Positions 11,251-24,459 of a DNA stretch of 64,000 bases are shown here, in pieces (position 1 is the stretch's first letter; every line of letters starts with the position of its first letter). A program made the position numbers and the translations under genes. Under the pieces are notes generated by a model. The model made no database searches. It had not been told where the DNA came from and saw only the letters and a program-made list of their open reading frames with translations. Source of the stretch: Raja brachyura (Eukaryota); the NCBI GenBank assembly GCA_963514005.1, contig OY740809.1:19220001-19284000 (forward strand), written 5' to 3'.

Positions 11251-12411
11251 CTGGATCCACGGCAATGACTATCCCTGAAAAACTGCTAAACATCCACAAT
11301 CTTGTTGTAAGTTCACAAACTATGGGCACCTTTGAGCTGCTGTAGAGAAGGGCTTAGACCCTTAAAAAAAAAAAGAGATAATTTTGATGGGGGGGCTAGT
11401 TGCTAATGGAAAATGGCGATGGCTGCAATGGTGGTGGTGCTAGGGGAGGGATGGAGTGGGGGGGGGGGGGGGGTGATCTTCTGGCAAAAATGGTGCTAAC
11501 CTTAAATTACCAAGTGAATATATGAAAACTGACTTTGGTGCATTTCAGTAAATGTCAGCTGAAATGGTGCCAGGCCTTTTGACAGGGAGCGCATTGTTTT
11601 CTAATCACAGTGTCTCCTGATCGTTTGAATGTCACTGATTCATACGGCCCAACACGTAGGGCCTTCAGCTGAAATGTGTTTCAAGAAAAGCCCAGTATAG
11701 AGCAACAATTCACAGAATGGCTAAAGGACATCTCTATGAAGCAATCAACCACAGAGGGCCTTCAACAGACTGAATGCTCTTTGTGCAGAGTGAGATGCCA
11801 GAGCCACTGGAGAAAAGAATGGCAGGACAAATCATTTTATCTATGCAAATACAAGCACTGGCTGACTGGCTGAATATGTTAGTGTCCTCATTATGGAGAT
11901 GGGGACTTGAGTCTTGACTTGTAGGCGGTGACAAGCCCATATGCTGCCTTTGTGTTTTCACTGATATTGTATGTGGAATAAGCTGGCACATCACAAGAGA
12001 TTTTCTCAGGTTCACAACAGACGAATAGCAAATTCATTTTATTTTTTTTAACCGCACATAGTCAATGAAGTCTAGTCTGTCTGATATATTAATAACATTC
12101 CATTTTTAGCCAAAGGTATTTTTTGGAAGATATTTTTAAAAATTAAACAATTTTTCTTTATTTTACTGACACAATGCCGAGTAATTTTTTTTAATCCTCT
12201 ATGCTATGATTTTTTTAATTGTTGAATGCTTGCACCCCTTCACATCTTTTCCTCATATACCCCAATCCCACACTATATACCTCCTGACTCATTACCTTTT
12301 CTTCAACTGCGATGGAGGAGAGCTAGGATAGTGGACCTCTTTATAGTCTTATCTACACCAGTTACACATGGTGCTTTATGAGTTGGAATACGGTTATAAT
12401 GGGATGTGTTA

Positions 12412-12622
12412 AGGGCCTGTCCCACTTTCACGACCTAATTCACGACCTTTTTTTACTCATGGACATTTTTCATCAGGCTAGAAAAACGCCCCGACCTACT
12501 TGATGCCACGAGTACGTACGACTTAGCATCACGATCTACCTACGACCTCCTACGACCGCGTGACGACCATGCTGCGAGTATGAGTCAAGGGCAAACCCGG
12601 CAGAGGTCGTTAACAAGGCTCT
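12412..12622. mobile_element. PIF/Harbinger-type MITE, right TIR damaged
   Basis: Left TIR agggcctgtcccact, internal acgacc repeats, right remnant aggctct, TSD TTA (12409-12411 / 12623-12625). Confidence 0.7.
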
Positions 12623-12834
12623 TTAGATGGGCAGGAAATCATTAATAAATGGGAGTCAGTGAGGTGATCCGTGGATATTGTTCATTTATTTCTGGTCGGT
12701 GTGCACTTTGCTATACTTTAACCCCAATTTCACTGTACCAATTGGTGCATGTGACAATAAATGTAAACTTGATACACTCACACTGTTTACATTCTGCTAA
12801 AGCTTCATGATACAAGCCGATATTTTTAAGGAGA

Positions 12835-13500
12835 AACAGAGAATACTGGAAAAACCCAGTCAGGCAGCATCTGCCAAAAGAGAAACTGTTAATGTTTCAG
12901 GTTGAAGAGTTCTAATGAAGGGGGGCGTCAATCTGAAATGTTAAATATTTTGGAGAAGTCAGGAACTGCTGGTGCTGCTTTACATTAAAAAAACCATAAA
13001 GTGCTGGAGTAACTCAGCATCTCTGGAGATCGTGGTTAGGTGACGGGACCCTACTTCACACTGATTGTAGTAGAGGCCAGAAAGTTGGAAAAGAGGTGGA
13101 GTTGGGACAAACCAGGGCAAGTGATAGGTGGATACGGGTGAGGGACGGGGGGGGGGGGGGGGGGGGGTGCGATTTTCAATGGGTGGACAGAGACCAGAGA
13201 TGAAAAAAAAAGCAAAAGGATATAAGATAAGGGGAATAGAGAAGACAGAGGACGGAATGTACTTAGAAGGGACTGGGGAAATGCGGGGGGTTAGTATGAA
13301 AATTGGGTGCACAGCCAGTTGGGCCACAAGGAGAGAAGGAGGAAGAAGGAGTGTGGGGGTTGTTATCTAAAATTGGGACATTCAATGTTCATACCTTTGG
13401 GCTATAAGCTCAACTGTTTTGTTGTCCACAGATGCTAAGCGCTGAGTGTTTCCAGCATTTTCTGTTTTTATGTGAGATTTTCAGCATCTGCAGTTTTTCT
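12835..13500. mobile_element. PLE 3' fragment (minus, ~12960-13410) nested in an older inverted pair of PLE terminal repeats
   Basis: The inner part matches the 32078-32330 region (gctggagtaactcag...tcaatgttcatacc). The outer arms caggcagcatctg...gttaa and aactgtt...cacagatgct...ccagcattttctg belong to a related subfamily. Confidence 0.6.
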
Positions 13501-15639
13501 AATTTTCATTGACTGGCATTCATTTTAAAGATTATTGCACCCTTACCAGTGAATGTTGCTTACCTCACAGTCTACAAGTTCATACTGGAGGATGGGATGC
13601 CCAGTGCCATGAACCCAGTTTAACTGCTGACTTGGAGTGTCACTGTGCAGAGTGGAGATCCTTATTAGATTGGCCTCTCTTTGCACGATGCCTCGGCTAA
13701 ACAACGTTTCTCTGTTCCAGCTCCAACTTGTTAAATTACTCCATGAATTTCTCTTCACTCTGCCTCAATATAACATGATGCAAGTTTTAGAAAAATGCTT
13801 CACAACACTTGTTTTACTACACGCCTTTCTACACAATTTTGACACTTATGTTCTACGCCTGCTGGTCTTAAGTCGCCAGCCTTTACCTGCTTAACGAAGC
13901 TGTCATCAAAACAAATTTAGGGGGCCTTGCTTTGTCCAGGAGCTAGGGTAGAGACGGCCCAATCTTGACCAATCTTGGCCGAAGGAATCTTACAGCAGCA
14001 GACAGAAGAGACTTTCATTCCATCAGACTGGGCAGGGTTCAAATCGGATCATGGAAATGAAAGGAGAGTGTGTTATCACACTGTGGAACCCTGTTTTCCT
14101 TGCGTTAATCACTCTGCAAAACAAGGCAGTAATCAACAGGGTTTTTCTTTCCAGCTCCTGATTGCTTCCCTGATTAGTAGAAACTCCAGAAGCTTCTGCT
14201 GTCAGTGTAAATGACTTGAGCCAGGCAAGCATTTCATTTAAACCCCACCGTGTCCAGAGTAAATGCACTGGCACAGTGCATTTGTCCATAGGTTTTTTCA
14301 AGCTATTTTAGATATTCAATAAATTAAAAAACTGGCAAACCTTCTCCAGTGCCAGGAAGTTTTGAATGACGTCTGCTAGATGTGTAAACCTTTTGCAATA
14401 ACATCTGCTAGGCGTGTAAACCTTTACTGCTGAGATCCTCAGTCCCGGACAGGTAAAACTTGTGAACAGCTTAAGTTGTAGTCTGGTAGGATTTTAAATG
14501 GGCAGCATGGAGAACATTGATTTTAAAGTGAGGTTTCAGTAGATATGCACCGTGTCAGTGGGATGTGCACCACACGTATATCGCCTCTGATCCATTGGTT
14601 GGTGACATGCCACAGGGTACACGTCAACCATGAGTTAAGGTTTTGCTCTCCTGGGTGACCTTTACAGACACTGGTGGCAGGGGAGCACTGGACAGCCATC
14701 TAATCAGCTCCTGGTCCACTGGGAAATGTAATGTGACCTGTAATGATTTATGTGATTCTCTTGCGATTGATGTGCTGCGTGCCTAGGGACAGATTAGATT
14801 GTTTAAATGGTGGTTTTGCCATTAGTTTAGGCACAGGTTAAAGGTGATCAATAACAAGGGCTGAGCATTCAATTGATCACTGTTCAGACCCCGCTTCCTC
14901 CCATGGTGCCGTACAATTTCCTGACACATACCAATTAAAGCTCTAATGATTATTCTGATAATTAGCCAATAATTAATTGCCAAAGACATTGATCTGTAAA
15001 CAAGATTAATTGGTGTATAATTTGAATAGCTAAGAAAATACGTACTTTCAAATGAAAATAAGAGTAGAATAATTTTTGCAGGTTTCAGGTTGTAGTGAAT
15101 ATATTTTCCACCCAAAGTTCATTTATTAAAATGGGAAGCCAGGAAGAATTCACCATAACTAACAAATAAAAAAAGTATTTCCATATTAAGGCAACAACAT
15201 AAAAGCATTTAATAGTGACAATTTCCTTTGATACGGTTTCTCTATCATTGATAGGTGGAATTGCCAAAACGCCCTAAATGAAGTATAATTTTAAAAAAGG
15301 TCATTGAGTTAAAGAAAGGGAGAAACACAAAGGTTTGGTCCAATAAATGCATTTTAATAACATCTTGAATGAAAAGAGGATATATTGAAGATTGAAGCTG
15401 AGTTCTAGAGCCTTGTACCTATGGGTCACACCTATTCAGTAATGGGTACCGATGCTTGTGGTGGTCATTTTCCAGTCCTAGTGAATTTTGGTATGCTTTT
15501 GGGGGGATAATCAGAGTGAGTGATGGTCAGGAACATTTAAAAAGAAGATGGAGAATGTTACAGTCAATGGTAAAGTAGAAAAGAGCAAAGGAGCTGCAGT
15601 GAATGACACAGTGCAGAGGTTGGTGGGTGAAACATAGGA

Positions 15640-16262
15640 GTATTGAGGTACACTGAGATCTTGGAATGTGAGTTCACAAGGTGCTAATGAAGGCATGCGG
15701 CATATTTGTCTTCATCAATTGGGGCATTGAGGATAATGGTTGGCTAGCCATGTTGCATCTGTATACAGTTGTAGCTAGGCTATATTTGGAGTGCTGCGTG
15801 CAGTTCTGATTGCCTGGATAGCAGTACATTAGCTATAAGGAGAAGTTGAACAAACTTGGATTATTTTTTCTGGTGCATCAAAATGGGAGAAATAAGAGAT
15901 CAATATCCAATACAATCTTTGGCCAGACTGTACGACATCTGACTGTACGGATCTCAGTTATTCCATCGTACATTTATACAGTGGTTTTGCTTTATTTTAT
16001 TTGTTTTGAATGGTTATTGACCAATGTCCACACTTTCTTCAGAAGTGAATACATTAGGATGACTGATAGAATATAGAACGGTGCAGCACAGGAGCAGGCA
16101 CTTCAGCCGAAAATGACAGTGTCAAACATGATGCCAGAATAAACTAATCGATGCCTGCACAATCCATATTCTTCTCTTCCGTCCATGCTCATGTGCCTAT
16201 TAAAAACCTCTTGAACTGCATTGTCTTATCTGCCTCCGTCACCACTCCTGACAGCCCATTCC
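15640..16262. mobile_element. Two old CR1 fragments (+ ~15640-15880; - ~16068-16262)
   Basis: The first carries ttggagtgctgcgtgcagttctg (LEYCVQFW-like). The second is a CR1 3'-UTR-like sequence resembling 6858-7080. Confidence 0.55.
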
Positions 16263-18261
16263 ATGGACTTCATGGGCTGTTTCTACACTTGGAGTGCAGA
16301 GTACTTGCAGGCTAGCTCTTTTGGACTCTGGTCCAAACCGAGCCAATAGACAAAGCTACACATTATTGTTTTCATGTTAACCATGCCTGAATGCTCTCAA
16401 TGAAGCTCTTCCATCCTTTCATTATTCTCCCATTATTTCTTCCATTATTCTGTTTTGCCGTTCGTTGGGTAGAGCTACACAAAGCCTCACTGGATATAGT
16501 TCTGTTCTATGGACTGGTCAATATGCCAGATGGAAAGACTTAACACACTCAGTCCAATGCATGTTTGAATCAGTGCAGCTGCTCAACCTTTCATATACAG
16601 TTTAATTCTGGACCCCTCTCCTCCAATCTCATCATGTACACTGTTCTTAGGGGTAAATCATCATCTACTGCCTTGAGGATGAATGCTGCATTCTCTAGAT
16701 CTATACCAGTGTGGTCATGAGGCAATCTTTATAACTCGGCCACAGTGGCACCTTTGCTTAGATACTTGATAATCAAAATAATGAACATACTTTGACAAGA
16801 TCGTGGTACACCATTGCATGCCTGGGGCTGCCAACATGCAAATCATGGATCAGGGACTAAGATTAACCCAGGATTGTGGACATCTACCAATGTGAATGAT
16901 CTGTTGAACAAGAACTGGTATCTCAAATATTAATCCTGATTCCACATTTTGACTTGTGTGCAATGCAAAGGCGATGGGTTTTTCTTGGCCTATGTCCATA
17001 ATGTGGCTAAAACCTATCCTGCTCCAAAACTGAAGGCATTGTCTGCAAGTTTTGGCATGTGAGTGGTGTCATACAGCACCAGGAGGAAATCATTACAAAC
17101 ATTCCCCTACAGTGTTTTGTTGTCCTTTCTCCACTGCCATTGTTGGTCCTTCCTGTAACTGGTGCATTGGTGTTAATGTTGCTGGGAGATTCAACAGCAC
17201 ATAGCATAAAATTGGAATCTGGATAATAGTCTCAGATATTCTAGCCAAGATAATACTCAATGTTTTCCTTCTCATGTTTCATATTTCCTTGTGATATAGA
17301 ATGAGTCCATTTGGCCCATTGAGTCCATACCAACTCTCAGGACAAGCTCATTTCCCTCATGTATTTTTCATGTAACCGGTCTACCTCACATTCAAGTGAG
17401 TTTTTTGTCATGTGTGCCTGATAGGACAAATAAATTCTTGCTTTGCTTCAGCACAACAGAACATAGTAGGCATTGACTACAAAACAGCCAGGTGAGTTGA
17501 TTGAAGTTGTATTTAAGCCTTTTAGGTTCTGGTACTCCGCAAAAGTCGCTGTAGGCAGGCGCTATCTTGGGTTCCCAGTAATCCACTCTGATTCTCTTTC
17601 CATCTGCCCACTCTGGGGATTATAGGAATTAACTTTGGATTTGGGAGGAAACCAGAGCATCTGGGGAAACCCACGTGGTCACATAAAGACTTGTGCAGAT
17701 TTCACACAAGCTGAGGTCAACATTAAACCCAGGTCCCCATTACTGTGCAGCAGCAAGACTATCTGTTGCACCACACTTTTAGGTTGTTTGCACAAACTTC
17801 AGGTTTAATAAATCAATTATTTTTACACAAAGCCACATCTATTTCTGCTAAACTTACTGTTGTGCTTGTGAAGCCTCTTGAATACTTCTTCAGGTATTCA
17901 AATATTTTCCTCCTCTGAGGCAACTGTGACATCTTCATGAATCATCTTCATTACATAGATGGTATTGCACTACTTTGAACATCTTTTCCATAATGGCTTG
18001 AAATATTTGGGAGTAACATCACATGATAAGAGGTACATGAATAATGCCTCTTATGGGTGTTGATCCTTAGATTGTGTTGGCTTTCTTTATTGGTGTTCAT
18101 ATGTGCAGAGTAGAAGTTCACAGGTTATATAACAGGGTTCCTGAGATGTGTTTGCAACCTGAACTATTTGTAGGTCTGAAATGAAGATACCCAGTGTGTA
18201 AGAGAGGATCCCGGGAACAAGCTGCGATGGGAGAGTGAGCAGGCATGGGAAGAGTGGCTGA

Positions 18262-18514
18262 AGGGCCTGTCCCACTTGGCGATTATTTCGGCGTCTGACG
18301 GCATCATTGACTGTCATATCAGGTCACCGAAAAATTTGCGTCGCGATGCATCGTGACGCGGCGGTGACGCAGTGTGATGACGTGTTGACGCATGGTGTTT
18401 TTTCAAGTGTTTTTCTGTTTGGATCCGCTGGATCTTGAAATGTTCAAAATCTTTTGGCGACCTTGATATGACGCCGGCAGCCGCCAAATAAAATCACCAA
18501 GTGGGGCAGGCCCT
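18262..18514. mobile_element. PIF/Harbinger-type MITE (253 bp)
   Basis: TIRs agggcctgtcccacttgg / ccaagtggggcaggccct and TSD TGA (18259-18261 / 18515-18517). Same subfamily as 26946-27189, in the opposite orientation. Confidence 0.85.
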
Positions 18515-18838
18515 TGAAGTTCACCTCAGTGAGTGAGTCAGTGAGTCTGCATGGTACTCCTAGCGTGTGGTATCCAATATAGAGCAGGAGCTCGCCACCA
18601 TCCATGGTGCTTGCACTCAAAATCTGCACTTTCATCCTAAGTTAGATCAACTGTGGAGTCCATGACTTCGTCAATTTGACAGCTGTGAGGAAAATATTTG
18701 TGAATATCTTTGGAATTTGTTTATTACTTGTGTTCTTAGTTTTATTTTATATTTTTTAAGAGTTGAAAATATTTTTTAATGGAGATTATATTTTTAAAAA
18801 TAATTTCATTTAAAAAAGTTGCTGTAACTCTAAACTAA

Positions 18839-19155
18839 GGGCGGCACAGTGGCTCAATGGTAGAGTTGCTGCCTTACAGCGCTGGAGACCCGGGTTCGAT
18901 CTTGACTATGAGTGCTGTCTGTACGGAATTTGTACATTCTCCCCGTGACTGCGTGAATTTTCTCCGAGATCTTCGGTTTCCTCCCACACTGCAAAGACGT
19001 ACAGGTTTGTTGGTAAATTGGCTTGGTATAAATGTACAAAATGTCCCTAGTGTGTGTAGGATTGTGTTCATGTGTGGGGATCGCTGGTTGGCGGGGACCC
19101 GGTGGGCCGAAGGGCCTGCTTGTGCTCTGTACCTCTAAACTAAACTAAACTAAAC
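18839..19155 (+). mobile_element. Full-length V-SINE (HE1-like)
   Basis: A box tggctcaatgg, B box ggttcgatctt, V-domain (ttctccccgtgactgcgtg...cggtttcctcccaca), CR1-like 3' end gggccgaagggcctg and a (taaac)n tail. Confidence 0.9.
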
Positions 19156-19847
19156 TGTAAATAAAAGGGGCTTCTGAAATCAGATTGTGTTGATCATTAT
19201 TTTACTAGCAAGTTTCACTAAATGCTATTATTAATTACTTCTTCAATCGCATTGCTGATCGAAGAGGGATGAACAGGGTTAGATTTATCTAGATTTGTTT
19301 GTGTAGGATGTAAATGAATAATATCCCATCACCAAGTAGATACTGGCATGAATGCACGTTTGCAATGCTGAATCACTTGACTTTGAGAAGATTTTTATTT
19401 TTAGCGCACAAATCTTCAGCCCAGCTCAGCTGTATTCTGTACATTCAGCTGCCTCTTAATATCAAGTAGAATAAACTGATTTGGTAGGATATGACATCTT
19501 TGAGGGTGTAGCGGTCAAGTAAACACCAAGCTGAGTTAACACTCACTAGTACGGTATGAAGATACTAGCTTACATTTAAGCGTTATCCCTTCCAGCTAGG
19601 ATGGGGAAGTTAGTTTTCTGATTATTTATCCCCATTCATGAAGTTGATAGGATTTCAGCTTTGCTTTAGCTCACTTCACTCTATCTTTAGATTACTGCCT
19701 CTGTGTGTGGTGTTAATCAGTTTGTGCTTAGTGTCTGGAATCATCAACGATAAAGATTTATATTCATAAATATTCTATCATGAGGAAGTTGCAAAATTTA
19801 ACAAACAACATCCTCCCATATACTAGAGGACATGGGTTTAGGATCAA

Positions 19848-19960
19848 AGGGGGGGAGGTTTGAAGGGAGAGGGAGGGAGAGAGAGAGAATGGGAAGGAGG
19901 AAGAGAGAGGGAGGAAGGAAGGGAGAGGGAGAGGGAGAGGGAGAGGAATAGGGATAGGGA
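19848..19960 (+). repeat. Polypurine (GGGAGA)n-type tract
   Basis: About 110 bp that is almost entirely A/G. Confidence 0.9.
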
Positions 19961-21289
19961 GATCTCATGCTAACCAAATTCCAGCACAAATAGGGGTGTG
20001 AACCACAACCCATTGGCTAGATACTATTGTATATTGGGCAGGTAATTTATCCATACACACTTACAGGAAAATCCCATAATCTCGTTGTATATGTTTTAAT
20101 CTTTATATAGTGGTTTTGCAAGCCTAATACTTGTTAATATATCAATTGTTTTTGGAGGAAAATGAAGGAAATTTCACGTTCGATAATGGAGGTTATGAAA
20201 TTAAGTATCTTTTGTTCTCTTTGGCTTTGTAACACTCTTGCCACAGAGCTCAAAGGCTGCTTCAACCTCTCTGCCACAGAGACAAACATATAGTCAAAGC
20301 TGGCACCTGATGAACAGAGGGGGTGTTGCACTTCTGAATGTGCCAAACCAAAACCCAATGTACATAGTTACAGGACGGTTGGGGTAGTTGAGAAATATGG
20401 TCATATATAAATCACTGATGAGGCATTTGCGCAAGAGTGTTTTAGATGGATACTAATATTAACCAAAAACATCAAAAACACAAAACTACACTATACAGTT
20501 AAACATATTTACTCAACAGCATCTAAGACTATTCAGTAAATGAAATAAAGTTCATAACTGTGACAAAAAAAGTCACAAAATCTGCCTTTCATACTCAAAT
20601 GACAATATCCTGCGCTTATACAACACATAGTAAAATATACAAAGTACTTAAACCGCAAACAAAAATCTGACCCCAGTCCACATAAGGTTATTTTGAAACA
20701 AGCTTTGTCAAAGAAAGTTTTGAAGAAAGTGTCAGAGAGAAGATATGGAGAGTAAATGTGTTTTGTGAGAGGGTATAGTTGCAGGATGCTGAAGATACAG
20801 GTGGAACGATTCAAACCAGGGATGGAGAAACATATGCATGTAAGTGTAGTGTTTACCTTGGGAGGCTGAAGAAGTGGAAGAGCTGTGGAGAAAGCGCAGG
20901 GTGAAGCCATGTATGAAAATAGAAACAGCTATGGGTATTTACGAATGAGACATTAATTGACTAATGTAGGTTAGCGTGCACAAGGATGATGGATGAATGT
21001 TGATCTAAGTTGGAACACAGGTAGCAGAGTTTATGGATGGTGAGGCAGGGTGATGAGCAGGAGTGCTTTGGAATATGGAGGTAACAAAGGAATAGCTCAA
21101 CATATGTAGACACAAGGAACTGCAGATGTTGGTTTACATAAAAAGATACAAAGCGCTGGAGTAACTAAACACGTCAGGCAGTAGGTGGTGTTTCTGGTCG
21201 GGATTTTGCTGAAGCCAATAAGCTAAAACAGGGCAGTTTCAAATGAAATGGTGGATTCAAATGCTTGAAGAGATTAAAGAACAAAGGAA

Positions 21290-21820
21290 ATATTGGGAAT
21301 CATTGAGGTCTCGTCATATGTTTCTTCGGGACTGGAATAATGGAGGTTTCCTGGAATCAGGTGGAGACAGAAGACTGTTGAAGTGAGAGATTGAGGATGT
21401 TGACAAAGACTGGGGGGGCTGGTTAATTAACACATGATTTCAGAACCTACCCATCTGGGCCATCAGGTTTCTGAGAATTTTCCCTTGAGATAGCAGATCC
21501 GAATTCTGCCATTGAAATGTATGGGACAAAGCCGGTGAGGGATGGGGAACGTGCCTCGCTTGAGCTTTTTATGACTATTCAAAACAGGTGTAAAAGGCAT
21601 TAAGCTCATCCAATAAAGATGTCTTGTGGTCAGAGATCGACCCTGACTTGGGTTTGCAGCCGATGATGGTAGTCAGGCCCTGCCACAATCACCTGACATC
21701 CACTTGATTAGGGTGAGTCTCCAGCTTCCTTTGGAGGTCTCATAAACAGCCTGTAATCTTACAAGGAACCCAACTCATTCAAAACCATCTTTTGTTCCAA
21801 TTACATGGTCCAATTAACCA
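21290..21820 (-). mobile_element. Old LINE fragment, possibly Rex1/Babar
   Basis: Minus strand encodes LWQGLTTIIGCKPK, resembling the Rex1 endonuclease-RT linker motif. Heavily decayed. Confidence 0.4.
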
Positions 21821-21943
21821 CTGTCCTTTGTCCTAATTGACCCTTATCAAAACCTAGTTCCCCAGCACCACAAGTTAAAATTTCCACCCCTCCATAGAGT
21901 AATCCCTTGCTAACATTATACTTATTTCCAATGCTAATGCTCA

Positions 21944-22255
21944 AGAAGGAACTGCAGATGCTGGAAAATCGAAGGTAGACAAAATAGCTGGTGAAACTCA
22001 GCAGGTGAGGCAGCATCCATGGAGCGAAGGAAATAGGCAACGTTTCAGGCCGAAGGGTTTCGGCCAGAAACGTTGCCTATTTCCTTCGCTCCATAGATGC
22101 TTTAGCATTGGAGGTAGACAAAAGTGCTGGAGAAACTCAGCGGGTGAGGCAACATCTATGCAGCGAAGGAAATGGGCAACGTTTTGGGCTGATACCCTTC
22201 TGAGCTGCCTCACCCACTGAGTTTCTCCAGCACTTTTGTCTACCTCCAATCCTAA
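21944..22255. mobile_element. Two adjacent inverted pairs of PLE terminal repeats (palindromes)
   Basis: Arms 22012-22054 / 22059-22101 and ~22102-22152 / ~22204-22255. Confidence 0.85.
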
Positions 22256-23144
22256 TGCAATTTCTTCCTCTCTGGGCTCTTGCACATATCCCATTCACCT
22301 TGACTTCAATAGTAAAGCCATATTCTTGTCTGTATGGTTGTTGTGCACTATAATCCTATAATGAGAAGGCTATTCCCAGTGTCTATAAAACTCACATCAG
22401 ATATTGAACAGCTCTTAACGAGTCTGACATATTTGAGAATGCAGTTTTTGAGAAAATGTTCACTTGTTTTTTCTCACATAACCACTCTAGTCAATAACCA
22501 GCAACTTACCTCTGAACTCAGTATCAACCCTCTCCTTTCACTGGAACAATGTGACTATAATGCATATTTTTTACAAGATACATGGCATCGGTTTCACGAG
22601 ATTACTTCAGCAATGCTTCCCAACTCTCTGACTCCATCATCAAAGAGAAATGAAGCAAATTTTGGAAACAAACCCTGAATGCTCCTCCAAGTTCCACCTT
22701 GACCACCACTCTCACTCTTTTGGGAAGAGCCAAGATGTTTTCTTGAATGTGAAATCATTTGAATATGTTTCTTCAGAAGTACATTTTACCCAGGACTTAA
22801 GGAACTCAAACACATATAAAAATACTGACATATAATGTCTTTAAATTACCAGTGGATATAATAGTGGTTACTTGTATTAACAAGTGAAAGGTAAGAGGCA
22901 GTAGAAGTATAAGTAATGAAAGCAAACACAAAGTGGGCGTCATTAGCGACATTTTCAAATCTTCAGTTGCAATACTGTTGAGGTCATTCCTTTCTGCACA
23001 TTTACTCCACTGATCAATGTCAAAGACTGTCTTTGTCCACTGAAGCTCGGCAAAGAAGTGGGAACTTTTACTTTGGCATGCCATCATCAACTGACCTGCT
23101 CAAAGGTGATCCCCTGTAGGGATATAGATGTAGAAAACGGGTGG

Positions 23145-23531
23145 AAACTAGACATAAAATGCTGGAGAAACTCAGCAGGACAGTCAGCATCTCTGGAGAG
23201 AAGGTATGGGAGATGTTTTGGTTCGAGACCCATCTCCAGACTGGTGGTCCTTGGAGGAGAAAGCTCAAGTAAGGTGGAACGGAGGAGAATTCAGGGATTG
23301 TTTCCAAAATGTGCTTGTATTTCTTTTTGATGATGGAGGTCAGAGAGTTGCAAAGCGTTGCTGAAGTCTCCAGTCTCCAGTCTCCAGTCTTCAGTCTGGA
23401 GAAGGGCCTTGACCATTCTTTCTCTCATCACCCATTCCTTCTGTCCAGCGATGCTGCCTGTCCCACCGAGTTACTGCAGCATGTTGTGTCCACCTTCGGT
23501 GTAAACCAGCATCTGCAGTTCCTTCCTACAC
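23145..23531. mobile_element. Inverted pair of PLE terminal repeats
   Basis: Minus copy ~23145-23242 ending tccagact; plus copy ~23392-23531 starting cagtctggagaaggg. Confidence 0.75.
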
Positions 23532-24325
23532 ATGTGGATGGCTATGGAAACAGCAGTGTGTTCTCTACGAGGAACACTCTACGATTTGAGAGCTGCTGGC
23601 ATTAGTTGCTCTGATATCTCTCAGGCTTGGTGCTCAGGACACATCTCAGGATTGCCAATTGCACCTTACATTTGGAGTGGAGGCAGAGATAGTTGTAATG
23701 GGAGGGTTGGGATAGAGAATAAAGTCCAATGGTGGGTGGATATGGGGCCGATGCGGCAGATTTAGATTTAATAAACTCCACAGAAGAGCCCTGCGAATGT
23801 AAATAACACAGAAGTTAAAAGGACAATTTTATTTTTCTATTAGAAATCTGCAATTTACTCTGACAGAAACGTTGCACTTTGATGTGATGAAACCTGGCCA
23901 AACGTAAGCAGCCCTTTAATCAATCTGTAGAATCTGTATCCTCTTTCACAGAACAAAGTGAGAAATAAAGAATTGGATTTTCCCTAATCAACCGCATAAT
24001 CTAGGCAGTAACAGGATGATGAGCGGAGAATTCTGTTTATATATTCCGGTTATTCTTTAGATAGTCAAATGCAATCTCTTCTTCAAAGGGCTCCCATTGC
24101 TAGAACAGAGGGCATTGTGAAACAGAGCACAAGGATAATGAGATTCAGTTGCCTCTACGTCCTTCAAGACTGTCAGAATTAACTCCCTGGACCTCTGGCC
24201 TCTCACCACTCATACAACAACTACTACAACTATATGCAGCACAGGCACTTTATAAAAGGTGCTCATTTTCATCATGATTCCATCTCATTGTTCATCATGA
24301 CCACACCAGCACAGCGCAGTACGAA

Positions 24326-24459
24326 GAAACTGCTCCAGGTGTCAGATTAATGTGTCTGTTCCCAAATGAGCTTTCTGTCTGACAGTGACACAGTGCTGTA
24401 GGATGAAACTGCTGCAGGTATCTGATTAATGTGCTTGTTTCCAAATGAGCTTTCTGTCT
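24326..24459. repeat. Diverged 55-bp direct duplication
   Basis: 24326-24380 versus 24405-24459, 6 mismatches by my count. Confidence 0.9.

Noticed and set aside
18839-18915. tRNA-like A and B boxes (also at ~30, 27210 and 35200)
   Set aside because: These are SINE heads continuing into the V-domain and tail, not tRNA genes.
24326-24459. Repeat-spacer-repeat pattern resembling a CRISPR array
   Set aside because: Only two diverged 55-bp units in a vertebrate genome, with no cas genes.
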